Assembly (NCBI RefSeq): GCF_964194155.1
Contig: NC_135901.1
Location: 930,001 to 994,000, forward strand
DNA from: Cetorhinus maximus
Lineage: Eukaryota
Direction of reading: 5' to 3'
DNA: 64,000 bases
Shown here: positions 1-13,420 of the stretch, in pieces
Layout: each line of letters begins with the position of its first letter
Numbering within the stretch: the stretch's first letter is position 1
Made by a program: the position numbers and the translations under genes
Notes under the pieces: generated by a model
What the model was told of the DNA's origin: nothing
The model's input: the letters and a program-made list of their open reading frames with translations, nothing else
Database searches by the model: none

Positions 1-350
1 CCTTGGAGCAGCAAAAGTTGAGAGGGGACCTGAAAGAGGTGTATAAGATTATGAGGGGCATAGATAAAGTGGTTAGGAAGGCACTTTTTTCATTAGTAGA
101 GGAGTCAATAACCAGGGGGGCATAGATTTAAGGTAAGAGATAGAAGGCTAAGAGGGGAGTTGAGGAGAAATGTTTTTACCCAGAGGATGGTGGGAATCTT
201 GAACTTAGTGCCTGAAAGGATGATTGAGTTAGAAACTCTCGTAACATTTAAGTATTTAGATATTCACTTGCGTCGCCATAGCCTCCAGAGCTGGAAAATT
301 GGATGAATGACGTCAGATCCTTGTTGACCATCACAGACGCGATGGGCCGA
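1..350 (+). mobile_element. CR1 LINE, 3' end of ORF2 and 3' UTR (fragment)
   Basis: Translates as LEQQKLRGDLKEVYKIMRGIDKV..., followed by the CR1-type RGHRFK and FTQRMVGIL segments. Confidence 0.8.
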
Positions 351-379
351 ATGTATTGTAAACGTCGATGAGTCTGAAG

Positions 380-980
380 TCGCGCATGCGCATTGCTGCC
401 TCTGAAACAAGATGGCAGCCGCTAACCTGGGCCTGTTGCCCGGAAACAAAGCCTCCGAGCTGTAAACGCGGGACCTACAATGTCTTATTCGGGGCTTGAG
501 GCCTCCACTGGGTTTTTATGAAGCTTCCCCTCCCTACCCACTCTCACCTTTGGGCTCCATTCCTCCCTCCGCCCCGCCCGCTCTCACCCATTTCCAAAAC
601 CCCCGCACTCGCACGGCCGCTCCGAAACAGGTGACACTGCGCATGCTCATGGTAGTTCAGCACCACCGCGCCTGCGCACTGAGTTCCTGTAGTGTTAATT
701 GAGCACATTCACAGCCGCAGGGAATGTTGGGTATCAGCAGCGCCATTGAAATATCCAATACTCGAAAATAATTTTGTTCCGCAATTAAGATTTCTAAAAG
801 TGATTTAAACTGCTGCTCTCTGGTGGGAGCTTTTAAAACTTTTCCCACTGGTTTCCCTCCCTCTCCTCCCCTGAAGGTGCTGACTCTAGCTGGGTTCAAT
901 GCCACAGTCACTGGTTTCTCGCTCTTCCTCTCTTTATCCTGACACTGAATGTTCGCTGTTTTGTAGATGACACAGCACAG
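380..980 (-). promoter_or_regulatory. CpG-rich ZNF promoter/first-exon module; its gene probably lies left of the window
   Basis: GCGCATGCGC (NRF1-type) at about 382, AAGATGGC (YY1-type) at about 409 and ACTGCGCATGCTC at about 637. Colinear with 30240-30880 and, as reverse complement, with 33850-34090. Confidence 0.65.
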
Positions 981-1164
981 ATGGCTTTTTGGAATATCTA
1001 TCCAATTAATTCCATATCCCTGCTGACACTGTCAGAACATTGTCTGTCTGCTGTAGAAATGGAAGAGGTGAATAGAAAAGGTTTTCTGGCTGGGTATCTC
1101 TCAGACTCGCTGACCCCTGTGGAAAGATCAATTGACCAGTGTACTGAGCAGATATTAAGGGTTC

Positions 1165-1580
1165 ACTGAAATAAAAACGAAAGTGTGGAAAAACTCAACA
1201 GGTCTGGCAACACCATTGGAGGGAGTAACAGAGTTAATGTTTCAAGTCCAATATGACTCTTCTTCAGAACAGAACTGGACAATCTTTTGTTCTTTATTCT
1301 GATTTTAAAACTGACTGTGCTTTGTTTATTATAACCATTACCATTCTCTTTGCCTTTCGTTCAATCACACCATTGTTATTTAATTTCTCCCAACTTCCTC
1401 GTCCTCTCTTTTGTTCTACTTGACCCTCCCCACACACTTTCAATGCCAAAAAACCCATCCTATTTCTCCCTCTCTTCAGTTCTGAAGAAAATAATTTTGC
1501 ACTCGAAACATTAGCTCCGTTTCTTTTTCCACAATAATACCTTTATTTCAGATCTCCAGCATCCGCAGCATATTGCTTTT
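1165..1580. repeat. Two Penelope-like pLTR tail fragments in opposite orientations
   Basis: Match the 3' tail of the element at 34497-36890. Hammerhead-like cores at 1231-1272 (-) and about 1477-1520 (+). Confidence 0.6.
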
Positions 1581-1964
1581 ATTTAAGGGTTCAGTGGTTA
1601 GTTAAGCATAGAGTACCTGGTAGAGTTTAATTCAATAATTCTACGTGCCCCCACATACCACAGTGACATTATTAATAAAGGGTCAAGTGAAGGGAGTATC
1701 CCCAGTGTGATAGAGTAGATGAATTATGGAGTTACAAATCAAGGGTATTAAAATGCTGTAACCTCACAAATACCATTTGTCTGGGACGTTACAGTATGAA
1801 AGAAACCCACATACTTGTCAGGTGAAAGAGGCCGTGTTCAATGAATGTATTAAATCCACACCACTATCCAATTCCACTGGTGTTTATGTGGATGGGTCTT
1901 GGTTTTATGAACAAAGGCTGCATCAGACTGGAGCTGCATCCTTGCTTCCCCTTGACAATGAGGA

Positions 1965-3705
1965 CAATATTTTTACCTCATTCTGGGATGTGGGCGTCAC
2001 TGGCTAAACCAGCATTTATTTCCCATCCCTGATTGGCCTTGAGAAGGCTGTGATGAGTTGCCTTCTTGAACAACAGCAGCCTATGTAATGTGGGTACACC
2101 CACAGTGCTGTTAGGTGGGGGGGGTGGGGGGAGTTCAGCATTTTGACCCAGCGACAGTGAAGGAATGGCGATATATTTCCAAGTCAGGTTGGTGAGTAGC
2201 TTGGAGGGGAACTTCTAGGTGGTGGTGTTCCCATGTGTCTGCTGCCCTTGTCCTTCCAGATGGTAGATGTTGCAGGTTTGGAAGGAGCTGTCAAAGGAGC
2301 CTTGGTGAGTTACTGTAGTGCATCTTATAAGATGATGTCACTGCGGGTCATTTGAGGAGGGTATGAATGTTTAAGGTAGTGGACGGGGCACCAATTAAGC
2401 TCGCTGCTCTGTGATGGATGTTGTTGAGCTTCTTGCGTGTTATTAAAATGCACTCATCCAGGAAAGTGGAGAATATTCCATCACACTCCTCACTTGTGCC
2501 TTGTAGATGATGGGGACGCTTTGGGGAGTGTCATGATGTGGCAGGAAATGCTTGCCAGGTGCACCAAATCCACAAGGGAAACTTGGCGACGCTATCACAA
2601 TGGTTTTGCAATTTGTATATATTTCAAAGAGCTTCATGCACTGTTCAGAAGTAATGAGTCAACTAATACCTTTAGAGACTTAAGCTAAGTTGAAACATTT
2701 ATTAACAAAAGAAAAGATTTCAAGCACATACATAAGATTACAGTTACTTAATACTATAACAAATCTCAAAATTCCTAATTAACCTGACTCCCAAGTACAC
2801 ACCCACTTTAAGGCAACAGTCCAAATAGATTTTAAATTTAAATAGCAAGCCAGCAAGTCTACCACAGCACATACTCGACTGAATTCCAAAGGCTTTTCTC
2901 CAAATTTAGTTACTAGACACAGCAGAGTTCTGCAAAAATGGCCGGAGGCTTCTATAAGGCTGTTTCACATACTCCTCTTAGATCTTACATGGCCCCACAA
3001 CAAAGCTTTTCATTCCTCTTTACATATATTTCTCGCTCTTTAATCTGTAAATTCCACTGTTCTATATGTCTTTGGAAATTTAGCTTTCCCATAATATAAA
3101 AATCTTTCATGTTGCCAATATGGTCAGTACCTTTTGGAAAAATAAACACACTGCTTGGCCTTGCTTATCTTGCTAGTTGTAAACATCCTATCATCCCTTT
3201 GAAACCAAACAACTCATTCATTTATCTAAAAATTCAAATTTCCTTCACATCTTATATGCTAAGCCCTTGTACATGTTTACTCATTAGCATTTATAATACC
3301 GTTTGTACACCTAACTTCTTTTGATAGCTTCAACCTAACAGTCTACATGACTCGAATTAAATCTCTCAAACAGAACCATGTACATTCACATCCATAAACC
3401 TACTTTACAATAAACCACAATAATATTATGAAAATTATTATAGTTTTGTGACAGGAGACACGAGGTGCGAAACACGCCACAGAATTCCCAGTGTCAACCT
3501 GTTCTTGTTGCCACACTATATATAAATATATATGGCCAGTCCAGCTCGGTTTCTGGTCAATGGTGACCCCCATGATGTTGATGTTGATCGTGGGGGTTTC
3601 AGTGATGGTAATGCCATTGAATGTCAAGGGGAGATGATCATTGCCTGGCACTAGTGTGAAGCAAAAGTAACTTGCCACCTGTCAGCCCAAGCCTGAAAAT
3701 TGTCC
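1965..3705 (-). mobile_element. CR1-group LINE (family B) 3' fragment, split by a solo LTR
   Basis: IYKAQVRSVMEYSPLSWMSA and HLPLTFNGITITE...GVTIDQK motifs. Same family as 5270-8800 and 44760-46220. Confidence 0.75.
2529..3453 (-). mobile_element. Solo LTR (probably Gypsy-type)
   Basis: Termini TGTCA...TGACA with a 4-bp TSD GGAG on both sides. The LINE sequence resumes across it, and there is a minus-strand AATAAA near 2700. Confidence 0.8.
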
Positions 3706-4663
3706 TCGCCCCAGTGTGAACTCTCTGGTGTCTCAGCAGGCTGGATGACAGCGTGAATCCCCTCCCACACTCGGAGCAGGTGAATGGTCTCTCCCCAGTG
3801 TGAACTCGCTGGTGTATAAGCAAGGTGGATGAGAGAGTGAATCTCCTCCCACAGTCAGAACAGGTAAATGGTCTCTCCCCACTGTGGACTTGCTGGTGTT
3901 TCAGCAGGTCGGATGACAGGGTGAATCCCCTCCCACACTCAGAGCACGTGAACGGTCTCTCCCCAGTGTGAATTCGCTGGTGTGTCACTAGGTGGCATGA
4001 GTGAGCAAATCGCCTCCCACATTCAGAGCAGGTGAATGGTCTCTCCCCAGTGTGAACTCGCTGGTGTGCCAGTAGGTGGGATGACTGAGTGAATCCCTTC
4101 CCACACTCGGAGCAGGTGAATGGCCTCTCCCCAGTGTGAGTGCGCTGATGTGCCAGGAGGTGGGATGACGAAGTGAATCCCTTCCCACACTCGGAGCAGG
4201 TGAATGGTTTCTCCCCAGTGTGAACTCGCTGATGTGTCAGCAAGAGAGATGACGCAGTGAATCCCTTCCCACAGTCAGAGCAGGTGAACGGCCTCTCCCC
4301 TGTATGAAGTTTCTGGTGTGTCAGCAGGCTGGATGACCAAGTGAATCCCTTACCACACTCAAGGCAGGTGAACGGCCTCTCCCCTGTATGAACTTTCTGG
4401 TGTGTCAGCAGGTTGGATGCCTGAGTGAATCCCTTACCACACTCAGGGCAAGTGAATGGTCTCTCCCCAGTGTGTACTCGCTGGTGTATCTGCAGGTAGG
4501 ATGACTGAGTGAATCCCTTTCCACAGTCTCCACATTTCCATGGCTTCTCCCTGTTGTGACTATGCTTGTGTCTCGACAGGCCAGATGAACGGCTGAAACC
4601 TCGTCCACACACAGAACACGTGTACGGTTTCTCCCCACTGTGAATGGTGCTTTTCCCTTCCAT
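3638..4663 (-). CDS. C2H2 zinc-finger protein, 11 fingers; C-terminus supplied by a LINE
   Basis: ATG at 4663 ([13 protein letters not shown]), 11 C-x2-C-x12-H-x3-H units with TGERP linkers. Splice acceptor tttcacag near 4772. Confidence 0.85.
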   Translation of the reverse strand: MEGKSTIHSGEKPYTCSVCGRGFSRSSGLSRHKHSHNREKPWKCGDCGKGFTQSSYLQIHQRVHTGERPFTCPECGKGFTQASNLLTHQKVHTGERPFTCLECGKGFTWSSSLLTHQKLHTGERPFTCSDCGKGFTASSLLLTHQRVHTGEKPFTCSECGKGFTSSSHLLAHQRTHTGERPFTCSECGKGFTQSSHLLAHQRVHTGERPFTCSECGRRFAHSCHLVTHQRIHTGERPFTCSECGRGFTLSSDLLKHQQVHSGERPFTCSDCGRRFTLSSTLLIHQRVHTGERPFTCSECGRGFTLSSSLLRHQRVHTGARTIFRLGLTGGKLLLLHTSARQ

Positions 4664-5269
4664 GTTCAAATTCCAATGATATTCAGGTGACAATAAATTG
4701 AGCAACTCTGTCAGATTCTGATGTGAGATTTGATTTGAGTTTCCTGACTGCTAATCCTCCACTTCTAATATCCTGTGAAATTGATTTAAAACAGATAAAA
4801 AGGGAATGAGACAGACCCCACAAAAACACAGAGACAGGTTGTATAATTGAGCTGAATGAATCTAGTAATTTGTGGGGCTGGCACAAGGAAAAAGTCACCA
4901 CAAAAGCTGCTGGATTGTCATCAAAACCCAACTGATTCACTAATATCCTTCAGGGAAGGGAACTTGCCACCTATTCTGGGTCTGGGTGTACACAATATTC
5001 TGGAAACTAGGTGAGGAGAGAGGGAGATGTGGGAGAGGGGGTGAAGGACAGGGATTTTATATGTTTACAGCTTGACCAGAACTTTGACAGAATCTCCCAA
5101 CCCCTCAAACTCAACCATCTAGAAGGACCAAGGTGGTAGGTGCACGTGAATATCATCACCTCTAAGTTCCCTTCCAAGTCACACACCATCCTTATTTGTC
5201 TGACATCCAGTACTGGATGAGCAACAATGTCTTTCATATAAATACTGCAAAAACTTTCCTTTCTTTCTT

Positions 5270-8200
5270 TCATTCATTCATGCAATGTAGCCGTCTCTGG
5301 CTTGGCCAACATTTATTGCCCATCCCTAATTGCATTTGAGAAGGTGGTGGTGAGCTGCCTTCTTGAACTGCTGCAGTCCCTGTGGTGTAGGTACACCCAC
5401 AGTGCTGTTCAGGAGGGAGTTCCAGGAGTTTGACCCAGCGACAGTGAAGGAACAGCGATATATTTTCAAGTCAGGATGGTGAGTGGCTTGGAGAGGAACT
5501 TCCAGGTGGTGGTGTTCCCATCTATCTGTTGCCTTCTAGATTTGAAACATGCTGTCTAAAGAGCCTTAGTGAGTTCCAGCAGTGCATTTTGTAGATGGTA
5601 CACACTGCTGCTACTCTGTGTCAGTGGTGGGAGGGAGTGAATGTTTGTGGATGTGGTGCCAATCAAGCAGCTGCTTTGTCCTGGATGGCGTCAAACCTCT
5701 TGAGTGTTGTTGGAGCTGCACTCATCCAGGCAAAGGGGGAGTATTCCATCACACTCCTGACTTGTGCCTTGTAGATGTTGGACTGGCTTTGGGGAGTCAG
5801 AAGGTGAGTTACTCGCTGGAGCATTCCTAGCCTCTGACCTGCTCGTGTAGCCGCAGTATTTATATGGCTGGTCCAGTTCAGTTTCTGGTCACTGGTGACC
5901 CCCAGGATGTTGATAGAGGGGGATTCAGCAATGGTAATGCTATTGAATGTCAAGGGAAGATGGTTAGATACTCTCTCGTAGAGATGGTCATTGTCTGACA
6001 CTTGTGCGGCATGAATGTTACTTGCTACTTGTCAGCCCAAGCCTGGATATCGTCCAGGTCTTAGAAACATAGAAAAGTTACAGCACAGAAGGAGGCCATT
6101 TGGCCCATCCTGTCCATGCCAGCCCAAGGACACCCAGGTGTCCTTTCTAATCCCACCTTCCTGCACCTGGCCCATAGCCCTGCAGCTTACAGCACTGAAA
6201 AGTTGCAAATCCAGGTACTTTTTAAAAGAGTTTAGAGTTTCTGGCTCTACCACCAACTTGGGCAGCGAATTCCAGACACCCACTACCCTCTGCGTAAAAA
6301 AGTTCTTCCTCATGTCCCCCCTACACCTTCTGCCACTTATCTTGAATCTATGTCCCCTGGTTCTAGAATTCTCCACCAAGGGAAACAATTTTATCCTGTC
6401 CACTCAATCTATTCCCCTCATCATTTTGTACACCTCAATCAAGTCACCTCTCAGCCTTCCTTGTTCAGAGGAAAATAACCCCAACCTATCCAATCTCTCC
6501 TCGTAGCTACACTTTTCTAACTCTGGCAACATTCTTGTAAACCTCCTCTGCACTCTCTCCAGAGCTATTACGTCCTTCCTGTAATGTGGTGACCAGAACT
6601 GCACACAATACTCCAGTTGTGGCCTCACCAGTGTTTTATACAATTCCAACATTATATCCTTACTTTTATATTCTATACCTCTGCCAATGAAGGAGAGCAT
6701 TCCATATGCCTTCTTTACAACCTTGTCCACTTGAACTGCTGCCTTCAGGTACCTGTGTACTTGTACGCCAAGATCTCTCACTTCATCTACACCTCTTAGT
6801 ATATTCCCGTTTATTTTGTAATCCCTGTAACTGTTTGACCTCCCTAAATGTATGACCTCATACTTCTCTATGTTAAAATCCATCTGCCACTTTACCGCCC
6901 ACTCCACCAACCCATCTATATCTTTTTGGAGATTTTGGCTATCCTCTACACTATCCACTACTCGGCCAATCTTTGTGTCATCTGCAAATTTCCCAATCGT
7001 ATCCCCCACATGCACATCCAAATCGTTAATATATAACACAAACAGCAAGGGTCCCAACACCGAGCCCTGTGGAACACCACTTGAGACAACTTTCCATTCG
7101 CAAGGGCATCCATCAACCATTACCCTTTGTTTCCTGTTACAAAGCCAACCTTTTATCCAGTTCGCCACATTATCCTGAATCCCATGGGCTTTTACTTTCC
7201 TGACCAATCTGCCATGTGGGACCTCGTCAAATGCCTTGCTAAAATCCATGTACACAACATCCACTGCACTACCTTCATCAACCCTTCTTGTCACTTCTTC
7301 AAAGAATTCAATCAAATTTGAGAGGCAAGACCTTCCTTTAACAAATCCATGCTGACCATCCCTGACTAGTCTTGCTGCATTTGGACATGGACTGCTTCAG
7401 TAACTGAGGAATCGTGAATGGTGCTGAACATTGTGCAATCATCAGCGAAAATCCCCACTTCTGACCTTATGGTGGAAGGAAGGTCATTGATGAAGCAGCT
7501 GAAGATGGTTGGGTCTTGGACACTGCCCTGAGGAACTCCTGCAGTGATGTCCTGGAACTCAGATGATTGATCTCCAACAACTATAATCTTCTTTTGTGCT
7601 AGCTATGACTCCAACCAGTAGAGAGTTCCCCCCTGATTCCCATTGACTCCAGTTTTGCTAGGGCTCCTTGATGCCACACTCAGTCAAATGCTGCCTTGAT
7701 GTCAAGGGCAGTCACTCTCACCCCACCTCTGGAGTTCAGTTCTTTTGTTCATGTTTGAACCAAAGCTTTAATGAGGTCAGGAGCTGAGTGGCCCTGGCGA
7801 AACACAGACTCAGTGTCATTGCTCTGCAAGTGCTGCTTGATAGCACTGTTGATGAACCCTTCCCTCACTTTACTGATTATCAAGATTAGACTGATGGGTC
7901 TGCAATTGGCCAGGTTGGACAAATCTAAGCAATTTTCCACATTGCCAGGTACATGCCAGTGTTGCAGCTGTATTGGAACAGCTTGGCCAGAGGCGTGGCA
8001 AGTTCTGGAGCACAAGTATTCAGTACGATTGCCGGAATATTGTCAGGGCCCATAGCCTTTACATTATCCACTGCCTTCAGCCATTTCTTGATATCATATG
8101 GAGTGAATCGAATTGGCTGAAGACTAGCATCTGTGAAGACGGGGACCTCTGGAGGAGGCAGAGCTGGATCACCCACTCAGCACTTCTGGCTAAAGATTGT

Positions 8201-8800
8201 TGCCCATCATTGAGGGTGGGGATATTTGTGGAGCATCCTCCTCTGGTGATGGTTAATTGTCTACCACCATTCACGACTGGATGTGGTAGGACTGAGAGCT
8301 TAGATATGATCCGTTGGTTGTGGAATGGCTTAGCTCTGTCTATCGCTTGCTGCTTATGCTATTTGGCACTCAAGTAGCCTGTGTTGTAGCTTCATTTTTA
8401 CGTTTACCTCATGTTGCCCTGGTATGCTACCTGCACTCTTGATTGAACCAGGCTTGGTGGTAGTGGTAGGGTAGGTGATATGTTGGGCCATGAGGTTACA
8501 GACTGTGGTTGAGTACAATTCCGGTGGTTCTGTCTTGAGTTGCTAGTGTTGTGCCACACAACACGATGGAGGGTATCCTCAATGTGAAGGTGGGACTTCG
8601 TCTCCACGAGGGCTATGATTCCTTGAGTATGAGCATGTCAGGCTGTTGCTTAACTCATCTGTGAGACAGCTCTCCCAATTTTGGCAGCAGATGATCGTAA
8701 GGAGGACTTTGCAAGGTCGACAGGGCTGAGTTTGCTGTTGCTGCTTCTGGCCTAGGTCAATGCCAGGTGGTCCGTCTGTTTTCATTCCTCATCCAATTTC
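5270..8800 (-). mobile_element. CR1-group LINE (family B), long decayed ORF2, interrupted by a younger CR1
   Basis: KAMGPDNIPAIVLNTCAPELATPLAKLFQYS, FRQGHSAPDLI and KAQVRSVMEYSPFAW motifs in broken frames. Confidence 0.8.
6063..7368 (-). mobile_element. 5'-truncated CR1 LINE, reverse transcriptase region largely open
   Basis: ORF 6404-7315 with YMDFSKAFD, SGVPQGSVLGP, KFADD and VRPQLEYCVQFW. TSD GTCTT at 6058-6062 and 7369-7373; TTCTATGTTTCT tail. Confidence 0.92.
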
Positions 8801-8814
8801 TGGCAGTTGTTTGA

Positions 8815-9068
8815 TAGAGTCAACCACATTGCTGTGGGTCTGGAGTCACATGTAGGCCAGTCCAGGTAAGGACAGCAGATTTCCATCCCGAAAGGGCATT
8901 AGTGAGCCAGATGGGTTTTTACAACAATCGACAATGGCTTCATGGTTATCATTAGACTTTTAGTTCCACCATCTGCCGTGGTGGGATTCAAACCTGGGTC
9001 CCTAGGGCATTACCCTGATCTCTGGATTACTTGTCCAGTGACAATACCGCTATGCCACCGCCTCCCCT
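8815..9068 (-). mobile_element. tRNA-derived SINE
   Basis: Head with A-box TGGCATAGCGG and B-box GGTTTGAATCC. A second copy lies at about 49350-49660. Confidence 0.7.
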
Positions 9069-9380
9069 ATCACTGAAACCATTGTCTTCAGTCCCTTCTC
9101 CACTCGATAGCCATTGACTCCATCCCTCTCCCCAGCAACTGTCTGAGGCTGAACCAGACTGTTCACAACATCGGTGTCATGTTTCACTCCAAACTGACCT
9201 TCCGACCACATATCCGCATCATGTGAACATGCAAAGTTGGAGCATAAGTAGGCCATTCGGCTCCTCGAGCCTGCTTCGCCATTCAATATAATCTTGACTG
9301 ATCTACTTGTATTTCAAATTCCACAGTCCTATCTATCCCCAATAATCCTTGATTCCCTTGCCTAACAAAAATCTATCTAC

Positions 9381-10116
9381 AATAAAAGCAAAATGCTGCG
9401 AATGCTGGAAATCTAGAACAAAAACAAAATACCTGGAAAACTCAGCAGGTCTGACAGCATCTGTGGAGAGGGATACAGTTGATGTTTCGAGTCCGTACGA
9501 CCCTTCATCAGAACTAAGACATATAGAAATGAGATGAAATATAAGCTGGTAGAAGGGGGTGGGACAGGAGAGCTCGATCGGAGGCCAGTGATAGGTGGAG
9601 GCTAAGGAGAGACTGCCAAAGATGTCATAGACAAAAGGACAAAGGGGTGTTGACGGTGGTGATATTATCTAAAGAATGTGCTAATGGGGACATTAAGAGA
9701 AGCAAGCAGGACAAGCTAGTGGCAGATGGCCCTAGTGCGGGTGGGGTGGGGGGAAGGAATTGAAATGGGCTAAAAGGTGGAGATGAAACAATAGATTGAA
9801 ATAAATCTAAAAATAGGAGGGAAAAGAAAAAAATATAGCTGTAAAATAATTATAAAGTATTGGAAAAGTGGGGATCGGAAAGGGGGTGGGGATGGAGGAG
9901 AAAGTTCATGATCTGAAGTTGTTGAACTCAATATTAAGTCCGGAAGACTGTAAAGTGCCTAGTTGGAAGATGAGGTGCTGTTCCTCCAGTTTGCGTTGAG
10001 CTTCACTGGAACATTGCAGCAGGCCAAGGACGGACATGTGGGTATGAGAGCAGGGTGGTGTGTTGAAATGGCAAGCGACAGGGAGGTCTGCGTCATGCTT
10101 GCGGACAGGCCAAAGG
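9381..10116 (-). mobile_element. Penelope-like element 3' fragment (GIY-YIG C-terminus plus pLTR tail)
   Basis: Colinear with 36190-36890. 9-bp TSD TCTATCTAC at 9372-9380 and 10117-10125. Confidence 0.85.
9476..9516 (-). ncRNA. Minimal type I hammerhead ribozyme motif in a Penelope pLTR
   Basis: TAGTT-CTGATGA-A-GGGTC-gtacg-GACTC-GAAA-C-ATC-AACTG. The catalytic core and stems I and II are present; stem III carries one G>A change. Confidence 0.7.
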
Positions 10117-11719
10117 TCTATCTACCTCTGCCTTAGAAGTATTTAATGAAGCTGCTACCACCGACTTCTAAGGCAGAGAGTTCCAGAGTCGCACAACCCT
10201 CAGAGAAAAAAATTCTCTTCATCTTTGACGAAAAGGTCGACTCCTAATTTTCAAACAATGTCCCAAGTTCTGGATTCACCAACAAGAGGAAATATCTTTT
10301 GCACGTCCACCTTGTCAAGACCATTCAGGATCATATATACTTCAATCAAGTCACCCCTCATTCTTCTAATCTCCAGTGGAATCAAGCCCAGCCTGACCAA
10401 CCTTTCCTCATAAGACAACGCACTCATTCCAGGTATCAATCTAGTAAACCTCCTTTGAACCGCCTCCAATGCATTTATATCCTTCCTTAAATAAGGAGAC
10501 CAAAAACTGCGCACAGTATTTGAGATGTGGTCACACCAATGCCTTGCATAACATCCTTACTCTTATGTTCAATTCCTCTTGTAATAAAGAAAAACATTCC
10601 ATTAGCCTTCTAAATTACTTGCTGTACTTGTATAATAACTTTTTGTGACTTATGCACTAGAACACCTAGATCCCTCAGCACCTCAGAATTCTGCAGTCAT
10701 TCTCCATTTAAGTAATACTCTGCTTTTTTATTCTTCCTTCCAAAGTGAACTTCACATTTTCCCACATTATACTCCATTTGCCAGATCTTTGCCCGCCCAC
10801 TCAACCTATCTATATGCGTCTGCAATCTTCTCATGTCATTTTCACAACATGCTTTCCTACCTATCTTTGTGTCATCAGCAAATTTAGCTCCCATGACTTC
10901 GCTGCCCTCATCTAAGTTATTGATATAAATTGTAAAATGTTCATCACATTGTGACAATCAGAAAAACAAGGATGAGGTCGAGCGTGTTCATATGGCTGCC
11001 AGACCTGCTGAGTTTTTCCAGGTAATTCTGTTTTTGAATCAGAAAAACACCCATTTCTGCACACTCTCTGTTTTCTGCCATCCAGCCAATCTTCTTTCCA
11101 TGCTAATATGTTGCCCACTACACCAGGAGCTTTTATTTTCCGCAATAACCTTTGATGTGGCACCTTATCAAATGCCTTCTGGAAATCCAAGTATAGTATG
11201 TCTACAGGCTCCCCTTTATCATCACCATGACCACCCATTTCCACCTCAGTGACATCGTCCAACTCCATCCTTGTCTCAGATCTTCTGCTGTTGAAACCCT
11301 CATCTATTCCTTTGTTACCTTTAGATTTAACTATCCTAACAAAATCCTGGCTGGAACAATATAAATACACATTGTTGTTGTTGACTTAGACACATGTCAC
11401 TGTTCCTTCATCATCACTGAGTGAAAATCCTGCAACTCCTTATCTCACAACATTATGGGAGCACCTTCACCACTCGGACTGCAAAAATTCAAGATTAAAC
11501 ATCATCATCTCCACAGGTAACTGTGCTGTACAATTCTAGGACTCAACGATTCTTTACAGGCATTCCCTGTTCATCAGCATGTCCCCTTCCTTTTTAAGCA
11601 CTCCATGCTCAGTCATCATTTCCTTCATTTGCAGACATTTCCTGACAATCACCATTTTTAGAGACGCTCCCTAACATTTATCACTTTCTCTCCATTTAGA
11701 GACTCTTCCTGAACGAGCT

Positions 11720-12240
11720 GACATTGCGCATGCGCTGAGGCCTCGCCGAACTCACCCCAAAGTCAGACCCGAGCGGGAGAAACCAAAAACCAGGGAATCG
11801 GGGAGAATTTTCACGCTTTCTAGTCGCGTCTTACATGGAAAATGTTGCCGGTTTTATTTTGGGATCTGGATTCACACTCGGTCATTGTAAAAACCTCCAT
11901 TTTAAACCCGCTCGCTCGAGCTCTCTTCCCGTCCGTCGCCATCGCCCGCGCATGCTCAGATCACATTGCCCGGGGTGTGATTGACGGCAACTTGGGACCA
12001 ATAGGAAGACGGGGCGGGACTGGAGGATCCATCAGAAGTGGCTGGCCCTCCAACCAATCGGAGTGAATGAGGGGCGGGGCTGAGCCCGGATCTCCCTCAT
12101 TGGCTGAAACTCGGCATCATTTTGAAAGCTGATTTGTCTCAAACTCCAGGAGAAAACTGGGTCTTTCTGTTTGTGGCTTTAAACAGATGAAACCCTGTGG
12201 ATGTGGAGCAAACATTTCAACATTTGTTAGTGAAATGGAT
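11720..12240 (-). promoter_or_regulatory. CpG-rich promoter, likely for the ZNF at 3638-4663
   Basis: TGCGCATGCGC, CGCGCATGCTC, three CCAAT/ATTGG boxes and two GGGGCGGG boxes. 11950-12240 closely matches 53080-53380. Confidence 0.65.
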
Positions 12241-13229
12241 TCATTCAGGACAGAGAGCAGGGATTATTTCTGGAAACTACACAGTGTAGCGATTGTTTCT
12301 CTTTGAACTCATCCCTTGGAGAACAGTGTGAATTAGTGGAAGAATTCACAGGCTGCTTCACCCTCCTTCCGTGTCTGGAACCATTTAATTCCAGCCGATT
12401 TGTTGATCCGGCTTCAGCAGAGAGTTTAATGAGCTCCCACAACTCATAATGGGAGTGTTCAGCCAGACCCGCCGGACACACCTATCCTGATGTCAACCCA
12501 GAATGAGCTGGAGAGCCGTCTCCACTCGCTAGGACTGTCTGCAGAGGGGTTTCTGGCTCAGAGGCGGGAATGTTTCATTTTTATCAACAACCCTAAACCC
12601 CTCAAGTTCCATTGAACTGACAGGGCCTCTTCATTTCTAAATACACTTCATTGTTTAAATAAAGTCTTGATTTTATGTTTGCAGCTTAATGGTGACACTT
12701 ACATCATCTAACCACCTACTTCCTTGTGAGAGTGCACAACTACAGTAAGCTGCAGAAGCCACACCCTTGTGTATCCTCTACCAAGCCTCTCCTCATTCCC
12801 TTAGAATCAAACTATTCCTAACTTTGTCCAGTATTTTCATTATCCTAAAATGAAAGGTCTCTGTTTATTATGCTTAGTTATTGTGAATCTAATAAAGCTG
12901 CTCCAATGGTCATTCTAATTCAGTTTGTATTATGTTTAATCTTGGGCTATCATGTCTGCTTCTGTTTCTGCCTCATCTTCATGTTCAGTCTGGGTTCACT
13001 GGAATGAGCTTTCTATGGTCAGAATTCAGTTAAACAACCTGTTCATCTGCATGTATTCTCTCAGTGCCCTGGTGCCTGTGTTAGTTATTCAGTCATTGTT
13101 TAATACTTCGTCAGCAGCCTCTCAATTCAAGGATGACATCTATTCAGCGTGGTGAATTTCTGCCATTGGTCTTCTTTTGACTGAACAGACTGATTCTTGG
13201 CCTGCAGATCTTTTGGCTCATGGGGCAGG

Positions 13230-13420
13230 ACATCCATGAAGTATTGGGATCTGGAGCGCAGCACTTGCTTCCATTTCTTTCCTTCTCTGCTGCTGCTCTG
13301 CCTCATCATTAACATGTTGTGACTCAAAGTGTGATGCAGCTTGATGGAAAAGTTGTCGCCATTCTGAACAATTGGGAGAAAGCTCCTCCAGGTCATTAAG
13401 GTCAATGCTGCTGCACTACA
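13230..13420 (-). mobile_element. RTE-clade LINE ORF C-terminal fragment
   Basis: One frame reads IDLNDLEELSPNCSEWRQLFHQAASHFES...QRRKE, matching the RTE pattern I..WE.LA.DR..WR....FE...RRKE. Confidence 0.6.

Larger units (their letters stand above)
9225..11225 (-). mobile_element. CR1 LINE fragments
   Basis: YLDFQKAFDKVPHQRL, KFADDTKIG and FWSPYLRKDINALEAVQRRFTRLIPG. Confidence 0.8.

Noticed and set aside
3988-4638. Alternative-frame ORFs over the ZNF arrays ([10 protein letters not shown]..., also 40277-40498, 50519-50752, 58466-58918 and antisense 63719-63988)
   Set aside because: Shadow frames produced by the repetitive finger codons; no independent coding signal.
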